DNA from: Eledone cirrhosa
Taxonomy: Eukaryota
Direction: 5' to 3'
Length of the DNA stretch: 64,000 bases
Assembly: GCA_964016885.1 (NCBI GenBank)
Contig: OZ024751.1
Location: 34,162,001 to 34,226,000, forward strand
Shown: positions 42,661-56,065 of the stretch, one piece after another
How positions within the stretch are numbered: position 1 is the first letter of the stretch
How the letters are laid out: each line of letters begins with the position of its first letter
Made by a program: the position numbers and the translations under genes
The notes under the pieces: model-generated
Told to the model about the DNA's origin: nothing
The model's database searches: none
Seen by the model: the letters and a program-made list of their open reading frames with translations, nothing else

Positions 42661-43347
42661 ATATTGTATAGAAGACTAATTGCATATACCATTATGTATG
42701 TGTATATATATATATATTTTGTGGAAAGTGATAGAAGGCTAAACAATGCAAAATGGACGATAATATGCCGGTAACGAAAAATTCAGTTACCTGGTAATCT
42801 TCGTTTGCTTTTACATATATAAACTAATTCCTTGTACAATAAATTGTTTACAATTCTACTACAATTGGAATTCTGAAAATCCGACAACTCCTAAAATCTG
42901 ACATTCCAATAATATTTCTAATAATCCATTTTTGACGCCATCAAACAAAATGGCCACGTTTTCTGGTGCGAAAATTAGTGTATCTAATCACCAACCAAAT
43001 TACTTTTTAAACAAATAGCAAACTGAGTCACTTTTTTCTATAAAACAGAAAGAACCTTCGAACTCTAGTTGAATGCGAGATGCACCTTCCATCTCAATTT
43101 TACTTCAAAAGAACTGAAAACCGGTAAAATAAATATTCTTAAAAAACTCCAGTTACATTTTCAATCTGTTTCTATTATATTTTTACACATGAGGGACATT
43201 TAAAAAACGTTGCTTTCTTATATATATATATATATATATAAACGTGTATAATAAAGCCAAAACAATGCAGGTATGGACATAGAATAAAGAATGCAAATGC
43301 AAAAGATATTGTTGACAATTAGTCTTTTACCTTAGATTTATTTAAAT

Positions 43348-43387
43348 GTCCTAAATTTTCGAGATAATATCTCCTCTTCAGAGGGAA
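43348..43387 (-). ncRNA. Minimal hammerhead motif
   Basis: Minus strand reads CCCT-CTGAAGA-gGAGATATTATCTC-GAAA-ATTT-AGG; stem I is short. Confidence 0.6.
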
Positions 43388-43456
43388 GTAAAGTTGTCAA
43401 ACCAGTGTTCTAAAAACATGTATGAACATGTATGAACACTGGTTTGACAACTTTAC

Positions 43457-43496
43457 TTCCCCCTGAAGAAGAGATATTATCTCGAAAATTTAGGAC
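43457..43496 (+). ncRNA. Minimal hammerhead motif
   Basis: CCCC-CTGAAGA-aGAGATATTATCTC-GAAA-ATTTA-GG; stem I is short. Confidence 0.6.
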
Positions 43497-43655
43497 ATTT
43501 AAATAAATCTAAGGTAAAAGACTAATTGTCAACAATATCTTTTGCATTTGCATTCTTTATTCTATGTCCATACCTGCATTGTTTTGGCTTTAGTATACAT
43601 ATACAAACGTTTATACCTCATTACACAATGCTTCAAGTGAACTATAACCTCCTCC

Positions 43656-43687
<32 letters not shown>

Positions 43688-43832
43688 GTGTGTGTATGTA
43701 TATATATATATATGTATATATATATATGTATATATATATATGTTTATATATATATGTATATATGTATATATATATATATATATACGTTTATATATATATG
43801 TATATATGTATATATATATATATATGTATATA

Positions 43833-43881
<49 letters not shown>

Positions 43882-44168
43882 GTGTATATATATATGTATA
43901 TATATATATATATATGTGTGTATATATATATATATGTGTGTATATATATATGTATATATATATATCGTTTCTGAATTTGTTTAGCAAGATTCTTTATCTG
44001 AAATCGTGTGCTGAAACCGATATTGTTATACTTTGGGAGGGTCATGTTGCCAATAAGAAACACACGCACCAGTTGCTTTCACTTCAATTTATTATAATAA
44101 ATTTATAATAAATTTATAAATTTATGAATTTCTGGTTGGTTCCACAACCAGATAGTTGTTTATATATT

Positions 44169-44211
44169 GTCATAGTTCTTTCGTCACACACTCTGTGACC
44201 TCTTCAGTGAC
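44169..44211 (-). ncRNA. Minimal type I hammerhead ribozyme
   Basis: Minus strand reads GTCA-CTGAAGA-gGTCACAgagtgTGTGAC-GAAA-GAACTA-TGAC; triplet CUA. Confidence 0.7.
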
Positions 44212-44348
44212 TGGGGATTCCTTTCTTTGTTTCTGTGCCTCTCCTTTGTTCTATCCTACGCCATTTTGTTTCTGTGTGTGGCTCACAAAAACAAGATGGC
44301 GTAGGACAGAACAAAGAAGAGGCACAAAAACAAAGAAAAGAATCCCCA

Positions 44349-44391
44349 GTCACTGAAGAGGTCACAGAATGTGTGACGAAAGAACTTTGAC
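44349..44391 (+). ncRNA. Minimal type I hammerhead ribozyme
   Basis: GTCA-CTGAAGA-gGTCACAgaatgTGTGAC-GAAA-GAACTT-TGAC; triplet CUU. Confidence 0.7.
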
Positions 44392-44756
44392 AATATATAA
44401 ACAATCATCTGGTTGTGGAACCAACCAACCAACCGGAAATTTATAAATTCCTAAATTTATAAATTTATTATAATAAATTGAAGTGAAAGCAACTGGTGCG
44501 TGTGTTTCTTATTGGCAACATGACACTCCCAAAGTATAACAATATATATATATATATATATATATAGATAGATAGATAGATAGATATAGATAGGTAAATA
44601 TACACGGGTGTGTATGATTGTGTATAGAAGATTATATTAATAAGAGGAATTCCAACTTTGTCTGATTTACTCGTTTTATTTACAATCCTTTAAAATATAT
44701 ATAATATGGTATTATAATGAAATAGTATGATAGAATATTAAATTCTAAGTGTTAAT

Positions 44757-44795
44757 TGAACAAGTACTTTCATGCTTTCGCAATCTTCAGGTTCA
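44757..44795 (-). ncRNA. Minimal type I hammerhead ribozyme
   Basis: Minus strand reads TGAAC-CTGAAGA-TTGCGAAAGCAT-GAAA-GTACTT-GTTCA. Confidence 0.8.
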
Positions 44796-44884
44796 TGATA
44801 TGTGGTGACAGTCGAGTTTGCAATTTTCAACTGTGAAAATTTTCAACAGTTGAAAATTGCAAACTCGACTGTCACCACATATCA

Positions 44885-44923
44885 TGAACCTGAAGATTGC
44901 GAAAGCATGAAAGTACTTGTTCA
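44885..44923 (+). ncRNA. Minimal type I hammerhead ribozyme
   Basis: TGAAC-CTGAAGA-TTGCGAAAGCAT-GAAA-GTACTT-GTTCA. Stem II is capped by a GAAA loop, stem III is the palindrome AGTACT, and the triplet is CUU. Confidence 0.8.
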
Positions 44924-45039
44924 ATTAACACTTAGAATTTAATATTCTATCATACTATTTCATTATAATACCATATTATATATATTTTAAAGGATTGTAA
45001 ATAAAACGAGTAAATCAGACAAAGTTGGAATTCCTCTTA

Positions 45040-45091
<52 letters not shown>

Positions 45092-45157
45092 GAAGAGAGA
45101 AGAAACATTTAGATATAATTAGTAATAAAATGTATCATACCTAAACTGCTCCTAAAT

Positions 45158-45247
45158 TCCTCGACTACGTAGTTTCGTGGCATAAACAAAAACAATATAT
45201 CATAAAGATATAGAGTCCTTGCGAGGTCTGCCGACTTATCAAGAGGA
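45158..45247 (-). ncRNA. Type I hammerhead ribozyme, U3-A8 core variant, GUC site
   Basis: Minus strand reads TCCTC-TTGATAA-GTcGGCA...TGCCAC-GAAA-CTACGTAG-TC-GAGGA, with a perfect 5-bp stem I and palindromic ACTACGTAGT. Confidence 0.75.
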
Positions 45248-45544
45248 TACCTCATTTTACTAGTCTCAAGAACGCGTCTACACGACGTGAGAAAGAATCC
45301 CAAAAGGCGGAGGGGGAGATAGTCACGCGATATAACGGTCGAGAAACAGAGCTAAGCCTCTTATAACCCCGAAGAAAATACCACGGAGACGGAGGGGGTA
45401 TTTATATCGAGGCCGTAGAAGAGGTGGTGAAGAAGGCGAGAAGTATGAGTAATGGAAGCTTTCCAGCTGTCCCCACACTTCAAAGATTGCTCGACCGGAG
45501 GGAGTTATTAACAATATATTTAGAAACACACAGATACATGCGGA

Positions 45545-46756
<1,212 letters not shown>

Positions 46757-46998
46757 GGACATATATATATATATATATATATCCGTCGGACAAATGAAAA
46801 TAAAATAAAAAATAAAAACAAAAACAAAAACCATAACCTACATAAAAATAACCACTACCACAGTCACCAACAGTCTTCTAAACAGGAAACTTCTTCCTCT
46901 TTTTTAGCCATAATGAATCTGGCAAAAGTACTGGAAAAAAACATTCGAGCTATCACCCAGCACCACCCTCCACTATCACCCCACTGCACAAACTCCCA

Positions 46999-48477
46999 TT
47001 GCTGCCATTAACAAACAAACAAATTAACAACACACCAAAACAATTAAAACCATCCACTCTCGCCTCTACATTTTTGCTTAACGCCCAAGGCATCAGCCCT
47101 TCCACCAATACTCAAAAATGGAAGATCAAATTCCTGGAGGACTGGATTGATGTCCATCCAAACCACATCCCTTTCTTCGTCCTCACTGAAACCCATCTCA
47201 GTAACCTCCACTTGGAAGCCGAGGTGAAAGTGAAAAATTTCAAAGCCATCCGTGCTGATCGCGCTGGCAGAAGAAAGGGCGGAACTGCCATTTATGTCCA
47301 TAATTCTTTCTCAACAGAGGCTATGAACATATTCACTAATGGATACTGTGAAGCAGTCACTGTATTCAGTCAAACCAACAACCTATTAGTAGTTGGGCTC
47401 TATAGGCCACCCCAAACGCCTGTACCATGCTTCAAGGAATGCCTCAACAGCATAAAGTGTTTCATCCAAGAGTGTCACCCTGACAACATCTTAATGATGG
47501 GGGACTTCAACCTCCCCGGAGTTGACTGGTCCACAAACAGCCTGCCACCAGGTTCTTCTGCCTCAACCTCTGATAGGGAAGCTGTGGAATCGCTTCTTGA
47601 CTTCATGGATGATTTCTTCCTATCCCAACTGGTGCTCGAACCAACGAGGTGCCACAAAAACGTCCTAGACTTAATTTTCAGCAATCACACTGACAATATC
47701 CACAATATTGCAGTGGAGAAAACTCTACTCTCTGATCATGACATGGTTCTCTGTGATCTGAGATTCCACCGTCCAATATACAAACCCAATGTCATCTCTC
47801 CTGTCCATCCGTTTGACGCTATGGATTTCCACAATGCAAACTGGGAAGCGATCAGTCATGATCTTGCACATGTCGACTGGTCCTTCACGCACACTCATAC
47901 ACCCACTAACATCAAAAAGTCCTGGCAGACATTTGTGGACACTGTTACAAACATATGTGCTAAACACACCCCATTAAGAACTATAAACAAATCTAAGAGC
48001 AGAATCCCTAGAAATAGAAAAACGCTCATCAGAAAAATTAAGAGAACGAACAAAAAAATCAACAAGCTGAAATACTGTCAGCAGCAACACATCAACTTGA
48101 CTGCCATTTCATCACTAGAGATTAAAAAACATAACCTCCAAAACAACATAATGTCCCTCATCAACAATCAGAGAAGAGCTGAAGAGGCCTGGGCCATTGA
48201 GAAGATCAAACTCAATCCCAAAGTGTTCTTTTCATTTGCAAAAAAAACACAAAATCACTGGCTCTACTGTTGGCCCTCTAATTGATGAAAATGGCACTCT
48301 TCAAGACAATGCTAAAACCATGGGTGAGATACTGCAGAAACAATACTGCTCTGTTTTCAGCAATCCTGATATGGCCGATCTGGGCTGTATCGGCGATGTT
48401 ACTCCCCATTACACCTTATCGGACATAACGTTTGGCGCCCCTGATGTCTTGGCGGCAATAAAGGAAATCAAGCATAA
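46999..48477 (+). mobile_element. Non-LTR retrotransposon (CR1/L2-like group) ORF2 N-terminus: APE endonuclease plus linker, frameshifted at an A-run near 48240 and truncated by the gap
   Basis: Motifs LNAQG, LTETHL, DR..RKGGTAIYV, GLYRPP, MGDFNLPGVDW, EPTR..NVLDLIF and SDHDMV. The reading continues in another frame as STVGPL...MGEILQKQYCSVFS. Confidence 0.9.
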
Positions 48478-48677
48478 NNNNNNNNNNNNNNNNNNNNNNN
48501 NNNNNNNNNNNNNNNNNNNNNNNNNNNNNNNNNNNNNNNNNNNNNNNNNNNNNNNNNNNNNNNNNNNNNNNNNNNNNNNNNNNNNNNNNNNNNNNNNNNN
48601 NNNNNNNNNNNNNNNNNNNNNNNNNNNNNNNNNNNNNNNNNNNNNNNNNNNNNNNNNNNNNNNNNNNNNNNNNNNNN
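48478..48677. other. Assembly gap (200 N)
   Basis: Run of N. Confidence 1.
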
Positions 48678-50304
48678 CCAATAATTATATATAAAGTACA
48701 AAAAACACATATAGAAAACAGTAATTGTGGTCAAAGATCGATAACCTTAATAAAGGAAAAAATTAAGTGTCTTCACAGACTGTGAGACAGACTGAAGTTG
48801 AATTATTAAGAACGACCGTTAAAATGGCGTCTTGCTGATAATACACTTAGATATGATAGATCTACATGTTTGTGAGTGTGTGTCTTTGGGTGTTATGTGT
48901 GTGTTTCGTTGGGGTGAAATATGCCCACATTATACATATATGTATACATGTAAATATATATATTTTTATATATTAAATTTGACTTCATACCCAAACAAAA
49001 ACACATAATATATGTTACATGCGTTTTATTTGTTATGTGTGTGTGTATGTATGTTGTGTGTGTATGTTAACATGACTTCTACATGACTAGAACTGTTTCG
49101 TTCCTGAAGAATTTACTTATATCGAAATTATGCATGCTGCTCCTCCAAACTACCTTATATAAGTATGTTTTTGGTACCGATCCTCCTTAATGATATTTAT
49201 TTATATATATATATATGCATGTTTGTTAGTGTCCGCGCACCCGTATGTCGCAAACGATTTACTGATAACTCGTTGTATCGAACAAATATACATTGAGAAT
49301 TTATTCGGTGCAAGTTACTTGCGATCCTTTACACTTTCGTAGCTAGCCGGAGATCGATAAAGGAATGGTACCAGACGTATTGGTGTGATCGATAAGATCG
49401 TCGTGGTCGCCCAAAAGACTGAAATCAGTAAAAACAATCTTATCGCCAATGGCGTTGCAGAAACAGTATATTGCCGGATTAAATGACTGGCAAGTATAAA
49501 GTTACCTCCCCCTTATCTTTTTGGGTTTAGTTCCCAGCAGGTTTGACGTTTGACATCATCTTCCATTTGCTCTGTATCTAGGAAATAAATTGCATATAAA
49601 CCTTTCCTTTGCAAAGATCTTTTCTTTGGACATTTTCCAAACATCGAAGTCGATATTTCCTTTCTATTTTTCACTCGCTTTAAATCCTCTCTCTCTCTCT
49701 CTCTCTCTCTTCTCATCTCTCTCTCTCTCTCATCTCTACTCATCTCTCTCATCTTCTCATTCTCATCTCTCTCTCTCTCTCTTTATATATATATATATAA
49801 ATGTGTACAATGTGCGTGTGTATACACCACTATTTTCAATATATGCACACTAGTATATCACCAACAATTTCATTTCACCATAATATATATATATAGAATT
49901 ATATATATATATATCACAAAGATAGAGAGAGGACTTCCAACACAAACGTTTACAAAGTCTTCCAGAATTAGTTCTTCTCGTTCATTTGGGAGCGTTTGTT
50001 TGTATTGAATTCTAAATGTATTTGTGTCAGTGTATGTATATATGTGTGTGTGTCTATGTGTATGTATATATATATATGTGTGTCTGTCTATGTGTGTATA
50101 TATATATATGTGTGTGTGTGTGTGTGAGTGTAGCTGCACATACGTTACCTTATGTATGTATATATGTTAATGTGTGTCTATCTTCTCGGCCCCTGTCTGT
50201 GTTTGTTAGTTTGTACATCCGTGCATATAGATAGGTGTGTACATACGTATATGTATGTGTGTGAATATTGCTTCTAAGTGTCTTTCTGTGTATGTGTATG
50301 TGTC

Positions 50305-50379
<75 letters not shown>

Positions 50380-51126
50380 TGATGTCTGTGTGTGAATGTA
50401 AGTGCATATATATGTGTTTAGGTCAGACTGTATGACTGTGTGTGTGTGCTTGTTTACACCTGTATCTATGTATGTATATGTGATATATCTGTGAAATAGT
50501 ATGTGTGTAATTGTTACCATTAAAATCAAAGCCACAAGGCTAACCGTAAAACCTCCAGTCGTCCATTATGAAACGACTGCTTTAGTGAAACCATTTCCTG
50601 TTGATATATAATAACTCTTCTCACTTCCGGATTATTGCGGCAATCAGGCCGCCACACACCAACAGACGACCAAAGGGAAGATCATGTGCTCTGCTTTGTT
50701 TTCAATTTTATTTTATTCATTCATAAAGCATCAGCCATCACGTTTATCTAGGTTTACGATCATCTTTTTCACTTGTGTTTGTCTACGACATTGTATTTCC
50801 TGGATGTAACACAAACAACCACACATACGCACACTCTCACATACACTCACTCTCACATACACACACTCACATACACACATTCTCTCACATACACATACAC
50901 GCACTCACATACACATACTCACATCCACACACACAGACACCCAAACAAACCTAAACAGCCACACACAACCAAACTCACGCACACATTTAAATACACACAT
51001 ACCTACACACAAGCACAAACCAAGCACACACCGTACAAATGGGTTCGCATTCGGAGAGCAGACACTCAAACTAACCCAAGTGTGATACTGGAAACCACTG
51101 GTAGCAAGTAAACTGTATTGAAGTTG

Positions 51127-51310
51127 GATTGGCAGTATCGGTAGAGGGTCGGACGCCAGGCTTTGCAGCAAAATGTTATGTCCCTTTATGGTCTGAGTTC
51201 AAATCCCGCCGAGGTTAACTTTGTCTTTCATCCTTACGGGGTCGATAAAATAAAGTACCAGTAATGCACTGGGATAATTGCTGGCCTTGTGCCAAATCTA
51301 GAAACAATTA
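51127..51310 (+). mobile_element. Nin-type tRNA SINE
   Basis: A box TGGCAGTATCGG, B box GAGTTCAAATCCC and core CTTTCATCCTTACGGGGTCGATAAAA. Confidence 0.8.
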
Positions 51311-51409
51311 TACTATAATATTGTAGCTCTGTATATAACATAGAGCACTCTTTCTTTTATCTGTTCTAGTGAACCATTAATACATATATATATATATATA
51401 TATATACAT

Positions 51410-51589
51410 ATATTTATTAAAATAACAGATTAAAGTTTAAGCAAAGAAAGTTTAAGCAAAGCAGCGATTCTTTGCTTAAACTTTAATCTGTTATTTTAAT
51501 AAATATTTGCTCTACGGTTCTTATATATTTCATATATATTTATCCTTATCGAGCCCTCTTTGGATTTTAGTCTTCAAATTTATTATTAT

Positions 51590-51592
<3 letters not shown>
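51410..51592. mobile_element. Short fold-back (51410-51506) plus tail, no ribozyme retained
   Basis: atatttattaaaataacagattaaagtttaagcaaag is mirrored; the tail resembles 36972-37090; (TA)n flanks. Confidence 0.65.
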
Positions 51593-51629
<37 letters not shown>

Positions 51630-52608
51630 TATATAGCTATGTGTTTGTGGGCTCAAACTGGCTGCTCGGTCACTTGGGTGACTGTATTTTTCCGTACCCC
51701 TTTACTAATGAAATCTAGTTGACGTAGACTGCATTAGAAAATTCACACACACACACATATATATAGGAAAGAGGCGCGAAGAGTGTGGTAAATAGCTTCA
51801 GTTATTAATAATGTTGAGATTCTGGGCTTAGAAATTGATACATTTTATTGAAAGTAATCTAAAAGTATATTTTAAACTGACATGTGTAGAGTTGTGTGAG
51901 TGTGGCAGACATCACATCGTTCAGCTGAAATAATATATATACAAATGTATATATATTTATATATGTTTCACCTGAATGCTGTGATCTATAGCACACGTAC
52001 ATAGATAGATAGATAGATAGATATGTTTGTGTGTATAAATGTGAGAGCATATATGTATCTAAGTACATACGTATGTACCTATGTATGTCTGTATGTACGT
52101 ATGTATGTATGTCTGTATGTACGTATGTATGTATGTATGTATGTATGTATGTATGTATGTATGATTGTATGTATGGTATGTATTCCCTATACAAGTACTG
52201 ACATAAACCATTAGAAAAACAAGATGTACAACACTAGACTTTATATAAGAACTGAAATAGTAAGAACAACCATAACTACAACAATAACTACAACAACAAC
52301 TATAGAAACATTAACAACGATGATGGCAACAGAAACTACAAAAAGTATTCATAACATCAATAATAATAATAATATTCTCGTGTGAAATCATATTCTGACA
52401 GCGCATGACACATTGTAAATAATTCTGCAGTATTTGTAAATGCTAAGTAAATATTCACGTCTCGTAGTTTCATTATTAACATCGTTATTGATAGTAATAT
52501 TGTTATTGTTCTTGTTATCGTTGTTGTTGTTGTTGTTATACATTAGAAGTTCGAAGTTCTAATATTAGAGGAGTAGTAGTAGTAGTAGTAATATTAATCT
52601 TCAAGTAG

Positions 52609-52682
<74 letters not shown>

Positions 52683-52836
52683 TTTATACATATGTGTATG
52701 TGTATATATATATAGATATGTTTATAAATATGTGTATGTGCATATATATGTTTATACATGTGTATGTATATATATATATATATGTTTATACATATGTGTA
52801 TGTGTATATATATATATGTTTATACATATGTGTATG

Positions 52837-52909
<73 letters not shown>

Positions 52910-52912
<3 letters not shown>

Positions 52913-53013
52913 TTAATATAGAAGAGATTCTCTTCTATATTAAAACTGTTATACTCTGCTATGTATTGAGTACCTTACTTACTGTGGTTACCTCCGATTC
53001 AACCCGGAATAAC

Positions 53014-53014
<1 letters not shown>
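52910..53014. mobile_element. Minimal fold-back (52910-52946) plus ACTC..GAGT tail in (TA)n
   Basis: gttttaatatagaagag-att-ctcttctatattaaaac followed by the tail. Confidence 0.6.
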
Positions 53015-53097
<83 letters not shown>

Positions 53098-53232
53098 TGT
53101 ATATATATAGATATATATATATGTATATATACTGTATATATATATATATATATGTATTTATATATATATATGTATATATGTATATATATATATGTATATA
53201 TGTGTATATATATATATATATATATGTATATA

Positions 53233-53329
<97 letters not shown>

Positions 53330-53937
53330 TGTATATATATATATATATAGTCGTTAATAAAATGGAGGTGGAGTGGTGTAGGTAAGCTGGTATTAGGTCA
53401 TGTTGGTGGTTGTCATATTCGCGAGGAACCGGGGTGCCTACATTTCTATTTGGCGTAGTGCCATACTTATATCTGACTCTGTGATGGTACAACTGAGAAA
53501 CTCTGCTAAAAGATTTTCAGGAACGGCTGAGAGAAGAAGCAGTATGGAACTTACGTTACCAAAATAGAAAGTCAGAGATTCTAGTACAATGGCTTTTGGT
53601 TTGTCTTTCTTTGGGATTTGTGTGTGCGTGTGTGTGTGTGTGTGAGTGTGTGTGTTTGTGTGTTTGTGTGTGTGTTTGTGTGTGGTATTTGTTTTGCTTT
53701 AACTTCTAACTTGATCTTTCTCTATTTATTTACCCTCTCTCTTTCTATCACTCTCTACCTCTCCCTCCCTCCCTCTCTCTGTAAGCTGCAGGTTTATGGA
53801 AGCATTAAACGATAATATTTAGCAACACACTAAGCTCACGATGATGGTGATGATGATGACGAAGCAGTCGATGATAAGGATGATGATGACGATGATAACT
53901 ATTACGTCGTTTATCCATGGACTTGTTTTAAGCAGCC

Positions 53938-54190
53938 ATTACAACACACCTCCACACAACACAACACACCTCCACACAACACAACACACCTCCACACAAC
54001 ACAACTCCACACAACACACTTCCACACAACACACTTCCACAGAACACACTTCCACAGAACACACCTTCACACAACACACCTCCACACAACACACCTCCAC
54101 ACAATACAACACAACTCCACACAACACACCTCCACACAACACATCTCCACACAACACAACACACCTCCACACAACACACCTTCACACAAC
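53938..54190. repeat. Degenerate 15-20 bp (CACAA/CACCTC) tandem repeat
   Basis: Direct inspection. Confidence 0.85.
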
Positions 54191-55851
54191 TAGATAGAAC
54201 TACTTTAGCTGATAACTGTAATTCTCTCCAGATTTCCAAAGAAAAAGGCGACCAACGGTGGAGGCTTTACTCACAGAATGTAAACCAAAACCACAGAGAA
54301 CAACATACGTGAAATTAATTGTAATAACTCCCATGCTTCAACTCTTGATAAATTTTAAATTAGGCGTCCATGATTGCGACGATTCCCATGAGCCTCTACG
54401 ATCAATGGAAAGCACGTGACCAATATGTTGCTAGTATGACCATTCTTTTAAATATAATTTGGTCTTTCAGTTATATAGTGACTACATTTTTTAACTTTTA
54501 GTTGTCTACGTCCCCTAACAGAAGCTTTTCATATTTATTGAAAGCTATTGTGTTATATATATTGTGTGTTATATATTGTGTGTTATTCATTGTGTTATTT
54601 GAGTGACATTTGGCTGCTTTTTCTAGGAAGTCTGAGTAACCGCATAGTAGAACTTGTTCGTTACCATCATTCCCAGTCTTGTAAATGTGTAAAGAATAGG
54701 TAGTGGTGATGTTACAATAGTGGTAGTAGTTGTGATAGTAGTGGTAGTAGTTGTGGTGGTGGTGTAGTGTTGGTGGTAGCAGTGGTGATGGTAACATTTA
54801 TAAGTGTTTGATCGTAGTAATTTACTTCTCGTTAAAGATGTCGTCGTATTGGGACTGATGGTTGGATGTTGTTTGATTGTTGCTAGTGTGTTAGTGGTTA
54901 TTAGTCTAGTAGCAGTAGTAGTAGTAGTAGTACTAGTGGTGATGGTGGTAGTGTTTCTGGCGTAGTAGTAATAGTAATAGTACTAGTGGTGATGGTGGTG
55001 GTATTTCTGGCGGGTTAGTGCAGGAGACGTCAGTTCGGTGGTGTTGGCCGTGGGTGGAGCGGCCACTGGAGATGTTCTCCTCCCCAATGGTAGGGAAAAG
55101 GTTGCTTTATTACATTGGTGATGTTTCTGATGGTGATGATGGTGAGGCAAGCTATATGATGGTTGCGGTGGCGGTAAATAGTCGAGGTCAGGTGGAATAA
55201 AATTAGTATTGTATACCAACTTGATTTCAGTCTTTGATGTGTGAGATACGATGCGATACCATAGAATATGAAAGAAAATGCAGAAGGAAAATATATATAA
55301 AAAAAAAATAAATGAAAGATTTATCTGAAACGAAAATGATGGACGTGGAAAAAAATTGTGATAGACAGCGAATAGAAATATTTTACGTGGGTGTATGTAT
55401 GAGGTGTATGTACACACACATCGTACATACATATATGTGTGTGTATATATAAATATATATATATATATATACACACAAAATTTACTTCATACATATATGC
55501 GTTAGTAGTTACATATAAACATGCAAGTATGTGTATATATGTGTGTGTGTGTACATCATACATATATAAATAAAAATACATATATATATGAAATTAACGT
55601 TAATCGTATTTATGGGACAATACGTATTTAAGTGATACCAATTTGGTGCTGTTATGCGATCATTCCAACAACAATCGGTACCGGTGTGACATCATCAGAC
55701 GATAACACAATTATGTGAATGTGAAGGACTTTAGCAAACATGGAAATGTTTTTTCTGCGGTGTATCAACTCCTTCGCATAGTTTTTTAAATAAAAGTAAC
55801 TATTATAGCTTCTGTATGTACACGTGTTTGTGTGTGTTGTGTAGAGATGTG

Positions 55852-56065
55852 TGAGTTAGTGGTTGTGTTCAACTCCTTATCTGAAACCAATGGGTTCGAT
55901 CTCCGGCGCGGCGTTGTGTCCTTGAGCAATACACTATATTTAATTTTGCTCTAGTTTCCTCAGTTGAGAAAAATGAGCTGTACTAGTAATTGAGGGCTAA
56001 TCTTTACATTAATCTCCACGAGAACTACGTTAAAGACATGCGCCTCTGTGGAATACTCAACCATT
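55852..56065 (+). mobile_element. Diverged CORE/V-like tRNA SINE
   Basis: B box GGTTCGATCTCC followed by TTGTGTCCTTGAGCAATACACT. Confidence 0.55.

Larger units (their letters stand above)
43245..43655. mobile_element. PLE-derived fold-back element (arms 43245-43410 / 43434-43599) plus MLQVNYNLL tail
   Basis: About 165-bp near-perfect arms, each with a hammerhead motif; the tail resembles the end of the GIY-YIG PLE. Confidence 0.85.
43965..44545. mobile_element. PLE-derived fold-back element (arms ~260 bp, 44020-44545, centre ~44280) plus left tail
   Basis: Long diverged inverted repeat with a hammerhead on each strand; the minus-strand tail encodes [26 protein letters not shown]. Confidence 0.85.
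44593..45047. mobile_element. Fold-back element with apparently identical ~200-bp arms (44633-44834 / 44846-45047) and a short left tail
   Basis: No mismatch between the arms found by eye; an intact hammerhead lies on each strand. Confidence 0.85.

Noticed and set aside
43245-45047. Palindromes as miRNA genes or classical DNA-transposon MITEs
   Set aside because: The arms are too long for pre-miRNAs, and the asymmetric tails, hammerhead cores and PLE-linked tail fit a Penelope origin better than TIR/TSD elements.
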